A stretch of 63,384 nt of DNA from Kondoa subrosea (lineage: Eukaryota): contig BCIN01000003.1 of assembly GCA_039545335.1 (NCBI GenBank), positions 1,240,001 to 1,303,384 on the forward strand, written 5' to 3'. The position numbers and the translations under genes are program-made. The notes under the pieces are model-generated. The model worked only from the letters and a program-made list of their open reading frames with translations. It did no database searches and was not told where the DNA came from. Positions 36,995 through 50,198 of the stretch are shown piece after piece; position 1 is the stretch's first letter, and every line of letters starts with the position of its first letter.

Positions 36995-37482
36995 CATGCC
37001 AAACGATGACTGGATCGCCTCGCACGGAAAGCAGCACTTCTCCCTTCTTTACCTTTATCTTCATGAAGCTTCATCTCCTCAACTCTTACTCTGTACTCTG
37101 TGATCTTCCGTTCTTATTCCTCTTCAACTATATCGCGATGTGGTCGAATATCTGCAAGTAATTCGAATTAGGCTCCGGCGCTTGCGGGTTGCTCGTGCTG
37201 CTCCAGTCAGCAACTCAACAAGTCCACCCGTTTGATGCACCATGCTGCTATATCTAGTGAAGAGGCAGAGGTTTCTCGGGATCTGGGAAACACACTGAGG
37301 GAAAGGCGGAAGTGAAAGAGAGTGTAGACAAAAGAATATTGAAGGAATCGTGAAGGTGTAGGCTAAGCGTATCCTGTGACATGTTCAATTGGATTTTGCG
37401 CTCAGCTTGCCGTTCTTGATTCGCTGTCGTGAGCTGGAACATGTAATGCTCTCTCTTGCAATTGACTTAGCTCGAGGCAGCC

Positions 37483-40164
37483 ATGTCATTACTTCATAAC
37501 CAGCTCAGATTGTTCGTCCGAGCACTCAGCAGTCGATCTATACTCATACAGAAAGCAGCTACGTCTCGAGCGACGCCTATCACCTTGTGGGCGAAGGAGG
37601 CTCACAGCAAGAAACATTGACAATCAATCGCAAAGCAAACGAGATTTCATTGAGCTGTAGGCTCTAGTATAGTTCTAGCACCAGTAGCTCATCCTTTCCA
37701 GCTGGTCCTCTGCCTCAAAATGCTTCGTACGACAAAGTTATACCGATAGCAGGCCTGTTCGGTATTGTCTCATTGATCAGCTGTAAGTCTCTAGCAGGCT
37801 ACTTTGGCATGTCTAACTCAAATTACAGCCGACTACCTAATTCTTGTCAAGACAAGTCGAAGAGTCTCGCACATTTTGCAAACAGATATTCACGAAGCTA
37901 CTGATTTCGCTCTCTACCCTATTGATCCTTCACCAAACGGTTCTTCTGCTCTTCTAGACGAACGATCAGCAGAAGAGAAGTACTTGCTCGGTTTGGTGAA
38001 ATCACATCTCTACAGCGCACCTTTCTATTTCACTTATGGATCTTATGACCTCACTACTCGCTTGCAAGCACAAGCTGCTGAAGAGAAGAATGAGAAAGCT
38101 AGATCATTGTGGGAAAGAGCAGATGATCGCTTCTTCTGGAACAAGTTCTTGCAGTCGAGGTTGATCGAGTTGACCACTCGGAACGTGCACAATGTTGGTT
38201 CGCAGAATATAAGCTATTTCGTAGCTTATAAAGTGTGATTTCCAACAGCTCAGCAACTTCATTCTCCCTGTCATGTTTGGCTGTGAGCGCGATTCGTGAT
38301 TGTTCTGCTCTCCCGCTCACCTTGGCATAACAGTTTGCGAGATCCGCAATTGCAACATCAATGGTCACAATTTCATCTTTGGTCTCATCTCTCGTCGTTC
38401 AAGATATCGAGCTGGTACCCGCTATTTTTCTCGCGGTATTGATCAAAATGGCAATGTGTCAAATTTCAACGAAACAGAAATGATCACTCTGCTAGATCAT
38501 CCTGGACACAGTAATGCTGGCGTTCCTACTGCTAGTGGATCCGTTCAAGGGCAAGTACGATGTAGTTATGTTCAGATCAGAGGATCCGTGCCGCTATATT
38601 GGGCGGAGATCAATAATTTGCGATACAAGCCGGATCTGAAGGTTATGGATCTCTCAGATACGGTGAGTTCTATTAACGTCTCATGTATGGAACTGATGAG
38701 ACTCAGACCGAGTCGCTTCGCCGACATTTCGAACACCTCAATTCAGTATACGGCGATGTCTACGCTGTCAATCTTGTCAATCAGAAAGGATACGAAAAAC
38801 CTATCAAAGACGCTTTCGAACGGTCTGTGGCTATCCTTGCCAATCCAAGAGTGCACTACACCTATTTCGACTTCCATCACGAATGTAAAGGGCTTCGCTT
38901 CGACCGAGTCTCAATTTTACTCGACAGCTTAGACGACGAGATCGATCAGCAAGGTTTCTTCTACCACGATACCACTTCCTCTTCTTCTCGACCACAAAGA
39001 GTTCAATCTTCCGTTGTCAGATCGAATTGCATGGATTGTCTTGATCGCACCAACGTTGTTCAATCCGCTTTGGCTAATTTTGTACTCAATCAACAACTTA
39101 AACAAGTGGGCATTCTCAGTGGGAAGCAAAAAATTGATGATTACCCGGATTTCATCTTTACATTTAGAAATGGTTCGTTTTCTCTGACGAGCTTGCGGAA
39201 CTCTTTTTTATTCGTTGTGCAAACAGTTTGGGCCGACAATGCAAATGTAATTAGTAAAGCCTACTCTGGCAGTGGTGCACTAAAGACAGATTACACGAGG
39301 TGAACGCTGTCAGAAGAGTCAAATCTTGACTATCTTCTGATTCCTCGATTCACAGGACGGGCGTTCGAACCAAAGAAGGGGCTTTGCAAGATGGCTACAA
39401 TTCTTTGTTGCGCTATGTTAGAAATAATTTCTTCGATGGGCCAAGACAGGTGCGAATCGAGCTCAACTGAACATATCAATATGTAAAAATGATTGGACGA
39501 TTGTACAGGACGCTTATGATCTAGTTACTGGTGCTTGGGCACCGAGGAAAGGCGCAGATTCCTTTTTGGCAGATCGTCGACCTGTTCTTACCAGAACGGT
39601 AAGCATGTCACTGAGGGCACAAATTGCTGAGCTCATATTTGCGCAGGCGCCTTGGATCATGCTAGGTCTGCTGTTCTTGTTCTTCTTTGGCCTTTGGGCG
39701 CCTTCGACAGCTTCAAGTAAGCTCCTTGAGGAAATTGTGCAGGCAAAATAGCTAATCTTCTGGCAGCACTCTTCGGATCAGCAAGCCCAACTCGGCTATT
39801 ACTTCTCGTCAGCAGTGTTCTAATCTTCTATTACATTACTGCGCACGGAATCGACTATGTGTCTTGGCCAAGACTAAATCAGCTGGAAAGTGTTATCAAT
39901 TATTCTGGCAAAGGATACGAATCGGCTAGAAAAGGTCGTGGACCAGCAAGCTATCATGGCAAATCGGCGTCGAAGACTTCTTCTGCTTTGCGCAGCGATA
40001 CCAAAACTTCAGCTTATCTACAATCGGATGGTGCTTATCGAAGAGAGAGCGTACAAGGGGTTGGACAACCGTTGGGAGGAGGTGCCAAGATTACACCTGG
40101 TATTCAGCAAGAGCAATTCAAGCGAGTTCCAGATGCGGATGCAAGCAAAGAACGTGTGGATTAG
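37483..40164 (+). CDS. SAC1: Phosphoinositide phosphatase SAC1
   Basis: [43 protein letters not shown] (CX5R), [14 protein letters not shown]-terminal TM pair. Confidence 0.95.
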
Positions 40165-40365
40165 AGATCATCAGAACGCGCTAGAGTTGTATTGTAGAGT
40201 CATTATGCATTGAAATTTGCTGTTGCCATTGCAATCCACAAACGAGCGAGCACGATTATGTTGAATATGATTGTATTTGATGCGGGTGCCGCAATGGCTT
40301 TCAAATGCGTTGAGGCATATTTTACAAAATGTTCCGTCTGTCCTTCAGTTCCCTCCTCACCTTCT

Positions 40366-41939
40366 TCAGTTGCTCGTTTCCTCAAGCCTTTCAGTTACGT
40401 CCCCAGACTGACTCGGCGATATCCGCAACGAGCTTCATCTTTTTCCATTGATCTTCGAACAAAATCTGTATATATCAATAAGTCTTATACACATTTAAAT
40501 CAATACAACATCACTCTCATTATTTCCGTGGTGAGCTGGCAAAAGGATTAAATAAAATCGTTATCGTTATTGCAGAACTTACTAGATGAGAAACCACATT
40601 GCGGTGAAACAGCGAGCTGCTCCAGTGGAGCATACTGAGTTGCTTCCTTGATTCTTGCAATCATAGCATCCTTGTCCTCCAGCTTGGCGAGCTTAGATGA
40701 CACGATACCTAGTACAACAGTTTTCTTTCCTTTCGGCAAGAAGCGTAATGGCTCGAAGTTGCCGCTTCGTGCATCGTCGAATTCGAGCAAGAACTGATTG
40801 CACGTCAGTGTGGTTAGAAGCTTCGTCAAGAGCAGCACTGACTTCGTCAACGTTCAGCTCATTGAAAAGCACTTCTGCAACAGGCTCATAGCCTCCTTCG
40901 GCGAAATGCGTACTCTTGAAGTTTCCTGTGGTCCTGTCAGACCTATCTAAAGACTAACTACACAGAAACGTACCTCTGCAGGTATGAATAGCAATAGCCA
41001 TATTTTCGGGAACGTCTCGCAAAGCAGAGTTGATCCTAAGGTTTTAATTCAGCGCATGTTTCAGACGAATATAGCGCAAGCTTACAGCTGAGCATACTGC
41101 CTTGGTAAAGTATTGAGATCTTCTCCTCGTCCAGCAGCTTCTTGCCTCATTTTCAGATCGCAAAGGTAAGAAAGGTTGGTATCGTCTAGCTGAAGGTAAG
41201 TACAACCAGCTTTAGCCAAAGCCGCGATTTCTTCTCTGTATGCTTGTGCTAGATCTTCAAAGAATTCGTCCAGATTTGGGTAAGCTTCCATGCTGATAGC
41301 TGATCTTCCACCGCGGAAATGAACCATAGTTGGTGAAGGAATAGTCATTTTCACTACTGCTCCTGGCGTGTCTTTGATCTGTTCTTGCAAGAAGAGGAAG
41401 TTGTCGACTTCGATGTTCTTGACATGCTTTATTTTACCAGTGACATGGAGAGTGAGTGTTGTTGGCTTGTTCTTCGCATCTGCGTCTGGTAGTCATGAAA
41501 CATAGAGTTGAGAAACAAGAGAATTCACTGCTAGAGAAGCTGTGTAGCGTACCTTGTAGTTCCGACTTGCGAATTTCGACACCTCCAAGATGCTTCAAGA
41601 AATCGAAACTGTTCCATGAAAGCGATTGCTTAGTATTGGATGGTGATCTCGCAATGCTAGGGGCTTACTGGAAGTATTCTGTGCAGCTCAGTCAGCTTCA
41701 GCCAGACGCAGGTTCTTCCCAAATTACTCACCTCTACGATATTCACCATCACTGATTGAATAAATGTTATTGGCAATCTGCTGCTTAACCAGTTCCTTGA
41801 TATGCTTGTCCTCCACTTCCCTCAAACCTGCATCCGATAGTTCTCCCTTCTGATTTGCATCTCTTGCTTGAAGAACTTCTTTCGGTCTCAAGAAGGATCC
41901 AACGTGTTCTGCTTTGGGTAGCTGCTGTTTTGGTGACAT
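40366..41939 (-). CDS. Short cobalamin-independent methionine synthase-like protein (catalytic domain only, YxjH-type)
   Basis: AEHVGSFLRP, SDGEYRR, KMTIPSP, LQLDD, HTCRGN, LEFDDARSG, SPQCGFSS. About 370 aa with no N-terminal MetE barrel. Confidence 0.85.
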
Positions 41940-42194
41940 GATCTGAATGCTCGGAGCTGCTAAGCAGTGCTAGAGGTTTTATTTTCACGCGCATCGGCCA
42001 AATGCATTATGCGATCCCAAAGGTGAGTATTCGATAGCAAGGAACAGGTGGACAGCATGGCATTGTGCGAATTGCATGATCTTTCATGTCAGGATCGTAG
42101 GCATACTTGCTAACATCAGGATTGAGCTGATTTATACACATTCCCTCAGTGTGTGTTTTGCTGTTTACACTAGATGTCCTGCGGATGCGCTTTC

Positions 42195-43474
42195 CTAATT
42201 CTTCTTACCAAAGTATGCTGTTAAAGAGAGCTATTCTCAGCTAGTTCATACCAAAGAATGTCCTTTCCTCACCAGCAAAGACAGCTTGAGTAGTCCATTT
42301 CCTGTTCTCTCCTTCGGGGAAGACTAGTGATCGGTCAGAGTAAAAGACCTGGTACGCGCTCAATATCATGATTTGCTCCAAGTGGCTGGACTTACTTCAT
42401 CATCCACTTCTTCAGCTTTCCTAGGTAAGCAATGCATAAATTTCCAGTCTTTTCTTGCTCCTCCTCGCTTCATGAGATCCATAGTCACTTGATATCCAGC
42501 GAAGTCTTTCAGCCTCTTCGCCTTCTCTTCTTCTTGACCCATTGAGATCCTGTCAGAATAGCACTTAAACTAAGCAAATGAATTGCATAGTTATCGAGTG
42601 AACCGACCATGTGTCCGTGATAACTATATCAGCGTTCTTGACCGCTTCTTCCGGATCATTCATGTGTGTGAGTTTGCCTGATCCACCTTCACTCTTCAAC
42701 CCGTCTTCCATAGTTTTCATCACTTGTTGATCCAGATCATATCCTTTCGGGGTAGCAATTGACAGATTGATGCCCAATCGACCAAAAGAAACAATCATAT
42801 CGTTTAAAATGTTGTTGCTGTCTCCCACCCAAGCGACATTCAGACCCCGCAGACAATCAAGAGAAAAAGAGTTTAGAGGTGAGCCGTAAGTTTCAAGCAT
42901 AGTGAGTAGGTCGGCTAAGATTTGAGTTGGGTGATAAAGATGCGAGAGAGCGTTTATAACTGGTTTACCCGAATGTTTGGCCAGAGTCTGTCAGCCCCAA
43001 GAAATCCGAATGAGCTTAACGCACATAGCAGAACCTATGGGCACTGACCTCTACTTCTGAATGGTCGCCTACTCGAGCCATGATCCCATCAACCATTGAT
43101 CCTACAATCCTCGAGGTATCGTATAACGACTCATTCACTCCCAATTGTATATCACTAGACCCTAGGAACATTGGATGTGCTCCCAGAAGTACAGCAGCAC
43201 TTTCACTAGCTACCCTTGTCCGAGTACTTCGTTTGCTGAACATTAAAGCTATAGTCTTGTTCGATAATGGCAGAGGTGTAGATTTATCCAGCCCTTGAGA
43301 ACTTTGACCTCGTTTATGGAAAGCCTTGTAAGCTGCTGCCGAGGCAAGCAGACTATGAATTTGCGGAACAGTCACATCTGCCAATGAAAGCAGATGCGTG
43401 AATCCAGCAGGTTGCGTGGTGGAATATCCTCGTTGCCTTGGTATCTGGCTTAGGAGCCTTATGGAGCTCTTCAT
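42195..43474 (-). CDS. ARG3: Ornithine carbamoyltransferase, mitochondrial
   Basis: Presequence [53 protein letters not shown]. Confidence 0.95.
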
Positions 43475-43669
43475 ACTGCTTGACGCGGTTCGAGATAAGC
43501 CGTGTCCAGAAATTTGACTTTGATCTCGGGTCGGTGACTCGAAAGCGGGTGCGGGACACCAAACACAGCAGCAGACGAAGCATCGGACCTCAATTATCGC
43601 TACTGACCCTCTTGGAGCTCTCCGCCGCTACTTTGCCGTTTCCGCGGTCACGCATAAACATCAAAGCAG

Positions 43670-45563
43670 ATGGAGGCCAGCGATATCTTGAGTAGGCAAG
43701 GCGACGCTCCTTTGACTTATAGAGCCATTCAATTACTGTATGTCGCGATCAAACTAGTCACTGTGCGCGTTTGGAACTCAATTGGCAACACAGGTTTCGA
43801 ATTGTTTTGCGCATCTTCTATAACAGAATAGTCCTGGAGAATGAGTCCTATTTGCCGAAAGATGGAGTGCCGACGTTGTTGCTGGCGAATCATAGCAATT
43901 CACTTACAGAGTAGGTTGGATTACGTAATAACGCGCTGAGGCTAATGCTCTTCGAAAGCCCAACACTGTTGATCAGTCAAATATCGAAAAGGCAGCGAAA
44001 GATGCTTAGATTGACTGCCAAAGACTCTCACTTTCGGCGAGGCAATTTATCTTCTTGGCTCATTGAAAGTGCAGGAACAATACCAATCATGAGGTGTGCT
44101 GTTCCACGAGGACAAGACGCCTAGCTAAACTTTCATAGAGCAAAAGATCACAAAGATCTGAGCAGTTCCGAAATTCAGATTCAAAACAAGAAGACTTTCG
44201 CTAAACTCATAACAGCTCTGGAAGCAGGCGATTGCGTTACCTTGTTTCCTGAAGGCATCTCGCGCTTTCATCCTACTCCAGCACCTTTGAAGACTGGCGC
44301 AGCTCGCATAGCATCCGAAGTTCTCACTGCACATCAAGATGATCCTTCTTTCCAACTAACGATTGTTACTGTTTCTATTACCTATCTACATCGCGAGCGA
44401 TTTCGCAGCAACGTTTTGGCTTCTTTCAACCCTCCTATCCTTCTTACTCCTCACACTCGACCAGGTCTACTCGCAGCAAGCGGATCAGAAGCCAATGAGA
44501 AAGCTGTTCGAGATCTAACAGCCGATATCCAATCTTCCCTGATTGATGGTTGTTTGTCTGCACCTACTTGGAAAATCTTGAGATTGGCGCATACAGCTAG
44601 AAGACTCTACGCTCCTGCTGGTCCTGAAGAATTACCCCTCGGTCAATTTATTAGGTTAACTCAAGTGTTCGTCAAGCTCTTTACGGAAGAAGTCAGTGAA
44701 ACCACACAAAGGCTGATGGATGATCTACTTCGTATGTGACCTCAAGCTTTGACGACGAGAACAAGCTAACACAGGAAGGATAGAATATCAAAACGATCTA
44801 GCTAAACTTGGACTGAAAGATCATCGCTTATTCGTCCATTCTCAGCTATCCAATTTTGTCTTGCTCTATAGACTCGGTCTGAGATTAGTGTGGTCTGCTG
44901 TACTTTGTACTTTGGCCTCACCCGGGTTGATTCTTTGGCTACCTACTTTGCTTTATACCAAATATCAAGAGAAGAACTTCAAAAAGAAAGGCCCGCGATG
45001 TGAGCTGTTTCATCAGCTCGATATGATAATCCTGCTAAGCACGATAGTTTGCTTATTCAGGGGATGTGTATGACGAAATAGCACAGACCAAGCTCGTTTA
45101 CGGTCTCCTGTCTTGCATCCTGACTTACGTGGTCATCAATATTCTCTTCTTCCCTTTCTTCGCTGTTACCTCATGGGCAGTCCCACTACTTGGCTGGCTC
45201 TCATTAAGATGGTACGAAGATCTGATCGCCGATTTGAGAAGCATGATCTCACTTTCTACCCTCATCCGACTGAATCTCACCAACCGCGGTAAAGATCTTC
45301 TACTCTTACAAAAACGAAGAGAAGATCTAAGGATAGCCGTCGTGAAATTAGCGGTTGACAAAGGTCTACCGTACGATTATCAAGAATGGTTAGCGACACA
45401 TCAACCTTACACCATGAGGAAGAAACCTGCTTTGAGAAGAAGATTGAGCTACTTCTCTTTGCAACGACGAAGAGTAAAAGATTGGGGTGAAGCGATGAGA
45501 TTATGGGATTTGCAAAACGAGGACGATTCTGATTCCGATAGAGAAGAGGGCAAAACGCAGTAA
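43670..45563 (+). CDS. Glycerol-3-phosphate/DHAP O-acyltransferase (SCT1/GPT2-like)
   Basis: ANHSNSLT(D) HxxxxD motif, LTAKDS, LFPEGIS, LKTGAAR, C-terminal TM segments. Confidence 0.85.
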
Positions 45564-45605
45564 CAATTGGTCATGATAAGCAAAGGCAATGTACATTGAT
45601 CACAT

Positions 45606-47489
45606 TCAATTCAAAGCATATTTAGTAGTGCATACTCTGTCGTGAACATATCTCTGCAATCCATGATCAGGCAGTGTTGGCAGCACTTTGGATGATTGTA
45701 CCTTCAATACTGGCTCGTGTCTTTCTTTCGGCAGTAGCAGTATGTACTTTGCGTCCAAATAAGCTTGTCGAAAGACGATTGGTATATTTGCTAAACGCTG
45801 TCGCAAGCTGATGCAGAATCAAGACGATCCCAGATTTAGAGACGAAGAAGCTCACTCTGCGTACATGCCTTGCTTATATCCATAGCAGTATCCAGTATTG
45901 AAAGTCTTAGAAGCAGGAGATGAACGACGTAGAGCATTCAGCACTAATCTGTAAGCAGCTGAATCGACAGTAATCTGGAAATGGTCAACGATATGAAGAA
46001 AGGAGCATGCATCTGCGGCTTGTATCAGCTTTACAGCAGTAAGGACGATCAAAAACCTTTCCTTGTAGCCGAATGACATTGGCTCCAGACAGGTTGCTGC
46101 GAAGTTGGCCATCTGGAACTATCTCATCTGTACCAGTATAGATAGATCTAGGGAATAGTCAGGGAATAGTCAACACCGGAGGAAGACGAAAAGCTCGCGT
46201 TGTTGGGACTAGAGCTCGAGCATTTGCGCCATTCTGAGCTTGCAGATATTTTGAGCCAGGAACCTGCTGCCATATTGCAGGATTACAGCCTCCGTATAGT
46301 AAGCCAAGAACTTGACAAGCGAAAGTCGCTCTAGCTGTACCATGAAAATCGCCGCTAATCAAGTGTATTAGCGTTCATCAGAGGTGTAGGCAGAAGTATG
46401 CTTGCGCAAGAGCAATATAGTGGTATACCAGCGGTCGTGTAGATGGCCAGTACTTCAAGGTCCATTGAATCGTCAATCCGCCGCTTTGCGAATGGCCGAT
46501 GAGCGATACTTGATGGGTCTTGCTTTGTAGAGCTAGATGATGTATCGCAAATGATATGTATCTGTTGAGGCTACGTCAGTGTATTTATCAAGGGACTTGG
46601 ACGTCCACGCACTCTGCTGATATTTGAGCATCGCCCAAAGAGCGATCGGGTAAATCAATCTATTTAACTCTGATCATGGTTGCCGGCCAGCATTTGATCA
46701 GAAAACTCACCCAGCATACATCATAACCAGATCCATGGGTATCATCAGGCAATAGAGAGGTATATGGCCCGCCTTTCCAGGTTCTAATAGTTTGATCAGC
46801 ACCATAGTGCGATTCGAGAGCCTTCAGACTCACTCTGCTCCGGTAGATCCAGTACCATGCACCAGGAGTACAATACCGCCAGCTTTACCTTGAATACCAA
46901 GTGGACAAGTGATCGTACTCTCGTAAAAGTAAGACGGTAAGCTGAAAGGAGCATCGGCATACAGGGAAAGATCTGGTTGTACGGTATCGCTCTTGTTCCA
47001 AGAATGGGTCGTTTCCGATATTGACGAAGCTTGAGCGCGATTTTGCATAGGTGTTAGGAACAAAGGATCTGGATATTGCGAGATCAAAGTCCGAAGAGCA
47101 CTAGATAGTAGAAACAGGATAGGAGGCAGTAAACAAAACACAAGAGTAGCGCTGTACGATGAGTAGGCGCGGTTTCTGTCGACTTTGAACAAGACTCGAG
47201 AAACAGTCTTCGGATCTTTAACATGATCGAGCTCTCCTAGCAAGACTTTATGCCTGATAGGCGATCTCTGGAAGATATTAGACCAGCTTCAATGACCAAC
47301 GACAATAAGCAAGAATACACGACTGACTAGCGTTATGGCAAGCTGAGAGACAGTCGCATAGTCATCGACAAGCAGTCCCTCCTGTTCGCTGGCGCCTGCT
47401 GACTGATTCTGGGGCGCGTCTGTAGACAAGACGGCGTTTGATACGGCCGCAGACCTGGATCGTCTCTTCAAAGAGGTATTCTTCTGCAT
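45606..47489 (-). CDS. Lipase B (CALB)-like alpha/beta hydrolase with N-terminal TM segment
   Basis: VLLVHGTGSTGAE, GDAQISAE, GHSQSGGLTIQW.LKYWPS, LA|GDFHGT, C.PAIWQQ..GS.YL. One GC-AG intron. Confidence 0.82.
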
Positions 47490-48209
47490 GCTTTTTTATC
47501 GTTGGTGGTTTAACAGAGGAACAGAGGAACAGTTATCAAGCTCTCAAAGTCCAGGGCGCAAAATGCCTGAAGCTAGCGGTAGAGGAAGAGATGGTCATGG
47601 TGCTGGTGAAGTAGGATCGTGATGCTATGAGCGAGAACAGCCTTCGAAGATGTCTTCTGGTTGAGAAGTCCGTAAGCACGCAAGGTAGAGGATATAGGAT
47701 CCTTGGGAAGGAGGTATCGAGAAGCCCTAGACCAAAAAAACTTTGCATCAACTACCCGATCTTTGTTTCAATTCGAGTCGATTGCGAGATCCTACACCTC
47801 TGACGAGAAAATTGAGAAGAAGCACAGGGGAGAATGTGACTAAGGTTCGGATTTAGCAGTGATGAAGCGCAAGGTTAAATCGACTTCACACTAGGTTCAG
47901 CCTTGCTCTCGACCATTTCGACAAAGATGTACAGAGTTCTGGAGTATGCCACAAATATATCGTGCAGCAGCAAAGGACTGATCCCATAACGCAGGCTGGA
48001 AAGAAACAAGAGACTTCTGGACAAGGAAGCGAAGCGAGAAAGTTATTTATCGACATTACCGCCTGAACAGCGCAAGGAAGCCTATTTCGAATGGCCAAAC
48101 AAGAAGAATATTGTAGCTGAAGCCTTGCAGAAACCATGCGAGCAGATTGAAGTCGTTGAATTGGTCAAAGACTCAGAGCGCGAAGTGAGATTTATGAGAT
48201 CATGTAACA

Positions 48210-49990
48210 ATGTCATCGCGAAGGACTGATAGCTTCATGCAGACCAGAACTGTGGAGCTTGCAGAAGAACACCCTCGTAAAGTGAGAAACAGCAAATTCA
48301 ATGATTACGTAATTCATCTTCGCAACAGAGACGCAAGTTGGATCCAGCCGACCCGTGGGGTTTTGAGAAGCACCTTCCCGGTAAGCAATCTATATGCTCT
48401 CGTCAACAAGAAATTAAGTCAATGCTTTAGGCATTACGACTCAGTTTCCAGCTCTCACGCAACGAAAGTAAATTTCGTCTTGTCGACCTTGAAAGATGCA
48501 AGCTGAAGATCTTCTAGCTTCTTCATTATTCAGCTTCAGTACATTCCTATCTCTCTCGTCGTACAGTACTGACACCATCGTAGCTATGCTACAGCTACGC
48601 ATTACGACATCCGCTTGCAGTGTTCGGAAGCACACGTTACTGGACAACCTTGTATCATCTGCGGAGGTCAGTGCGTGACACTGTCAGTATAATGGCTCAA
48701 TCCCAAATCCCTGCAGATGCTGTTCATCCCTCGAAAAATGGTAGAGCTCCTGGAACAATCAGTTTTGCGGTACCTCGAGGTCTCTCGGATTTACAGCACA
48801 AGAGAGTCCGACTTGCTGTAGAGGTATGTATTCGATTGACCAAAAGACGCTGCCCTCGCTCTGAAATTTGGCAGACTGAACTTCATCAGATCCCTTACTC
48901 CGTTCACGAAGGCTCAGGAATCGGATCAACTATGCTCGTCTGCTTTTCTTCATTGAATAGATTCGACGTAAAGCTAACTCTAGGCTTTCGTAGTGGGATA
49001 TTGGCACCTACAAGCTAATTACTCCTTATTCGAGCAAACGAGACAAAGGCGCCGATACGTCAGACGAAGATGACGATGCAGATGATCAAGAGCAAACACC
49101 TTTATATGGAGGTCGAAAAGGCATGAATCACGAACGAGGTCTCGCTAAACTCTACAAGGGAAACACCGAAAAAGCAACTTTTTCTGTTGAGCTCAAGGGT
49201 AAGAGATACCACATGCGTCTCACCTTCTTCCATCCCAAGACAAGCTCTCAAATGAAAGTATGCATCCTTTGTCTATTATCTACATTACCTAAATTGATGT
49301 TAATGAATTCAAAACAGTACGTCAAACAGAAATGGACAGGAAGACAAACCTCTAGGCGCAATTGGTTGATGTGAGAAATGGTTTTCGCTACATCTTTGTT
49401 TCCTGTCTGACAGATACTTTCAGTCAGCTCGCTAATCCACTTGTGAAGGATGGCGAACGCCTCAACGCCGAAGATAAGAGTATTGGAGATGTGTCGATTG
49501 TCACTGGACGTGGGTACTCTGTGTTGATATCTGCTCTTATTATTCATAACACTAAAAAAGGACCTATTGCAAGCTATCGAACTGGAGAACAAACTTTTAC
49601 AAGACTTTCTGATGTGTATGAAGGATCCAAGATAACCGACATCCGCAATGTGTTTATGCAAGGTAGAGTAACAATCTACTCCAAAGTACACGATCTCATG
49701 CTGCTATGTAGGTCCCGATAAGAAGACTTACGAGATTAGAGATCTCCTCAGTAGCGGTCTTCTGGATGCGCAGCAGGTTCAACAATTGATGGATGATCCC
49801 AAGCTCGCTCAGATTGTTAGCAAGAAGTCGATGCCCACCATACCGAGTGCTGGCTTGGGACTGGGTGCATGTGAGCGCTACTAATCTTGCATGCCTTCGA
49901 ATCGAGCTAACGCACATCGAAGCTGGCACTTGCGGTGGCCAGATTGATTTTGGAGAAGAAGAATGGGATGAAGATTCCGTATGGGAGTAA
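48210..49990 (+). CDS. Stand-alone LigD-type 3'-phosphoesterase (PE) domain protein
   Basis: Spliced: ...NFFIIQLH|YATATHYDIRL...SFAVPRG...RLAVE|TELHQIPYSVHEG...GSTML..WDIGTY...SIVTGR, matching the LigD PE signature. Confidence 0.78.
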
Positions 49991-50198
49991 GCTCTAGAGA
50001 CAAGGTCAATGAGACATCCTCGATCGAAAGCATTAATGAGCTTCTCCGGTCGAGTACGGATCCATTGATTTAACACGCTGAACAAACTAGCATACTTCGT
50101 ATGTCATAGCAGGCATGCCACTCGTTCCGATTTTCCGACCTTCTCGCTGTTTGCGGGCACCTTGCTTCTTTCTTTCGCAAACAATCTCTTGCATTGAT

